Below are positions 63,612 through 64,000 of a DNA stretch of 64,000 bases, piece by piece; the first letter of the stretch is position 1, and each line of letters begins with the position of its first letter. A program made the translations under genes and the position numbers. The notes under the pieces are model-generated. The model was not told the origin of the DNA, did no database searches, and saw only the letters and a program-made list of their open reading frames with translations. The stretch spans positions 62,001 to 126,000 of the forward strand of contig CAJFCJ010000011.1 of assembly GCA_904063045.1 (NCBI GenBank). The letters run 5' to 3'. Source of the stretch: Dimorphilus gyrociliatus (lineage: Eukaryota > Animalia > Annelida).

Positions 63612-64000
63612 GCGATATATTTCATTTTTTTTTCATTACTATATAAATATACAAATTAAAACATTACTGTGTATTTTTTTCTTTCCCGTATTATTTATTA
63701 TATTCTCAGTTTTTTCTTTCTATTTTCTTCTATATTTTTTTTTTGTTCTCTTTTTTTTTATTTTTAATATCAAAGAAAAAAAAAACAAAGATTTTCTCGT
63801 CTTTCTACAAGAATATTTCTTTTCTTCCTTTAATAAAATGCATTAAGAAAAAAAAAAAGGAATACAATATCGATGATTAAGTGGCCATGTGCCCCAGGCA
63901 TATTTTAATTATGCATAACTTATATAGACAGTTAAAATACAGAGTATATACCAAATAATTCATTTAGATATATGAGAAATATTGTAATAGAACTAAAATT

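Overview
AT-rich, very gene-dense eukaryotic (metazoan, probably invertebrate) genomic DNA with many ~50-60 nt spliceosomal introns. It is not prokaryotic, so most short ORF-track entries are exon fragments, antisense shadows or microsatellite artefacts. Manual exon stitching supports about 20 genes, in order: EML5/6-like (-, runs off the left edge), ZCRB1 (+), TRAIP (-), two tandem PLAC8-family genes (-), CDP-diacylglycerol synthase CDS (-), MCU (+), GMPS (-), a KH-like/Macro/Macro/RING/DTC Deltex ligase (+), an orphan LRR-like type-I membrane protein (-), MSH4 (-), MARS2 (+), SS18-like (+), DHRS4 (-), NDOR1 (-), IQCE (+), a DOK-family PH-PTB adaptor (-), an RBM4/lark-like single-RRM gene (+), a C2orf69 homolog (-) and a mono-ART-type PARP (+). 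Two observations stand out. First, the CDS gene carries two tandem, paralogous, same-phase alternative last exons. Second, one polypeptide fuses two macrodomains to a DTX3/DTX3L-type RING-DTC module, resembling a PARP9+DTX3L fusion, and a stand-alone H-Y-I PARP lies in the same window. No tRNA, rRNA, CRISPR array or intact transposon was recognised. All family calls come from remembered motifs and sequences, not database searches. The organism is not identified; the compact architecture resembles miniaturised animal genomes.
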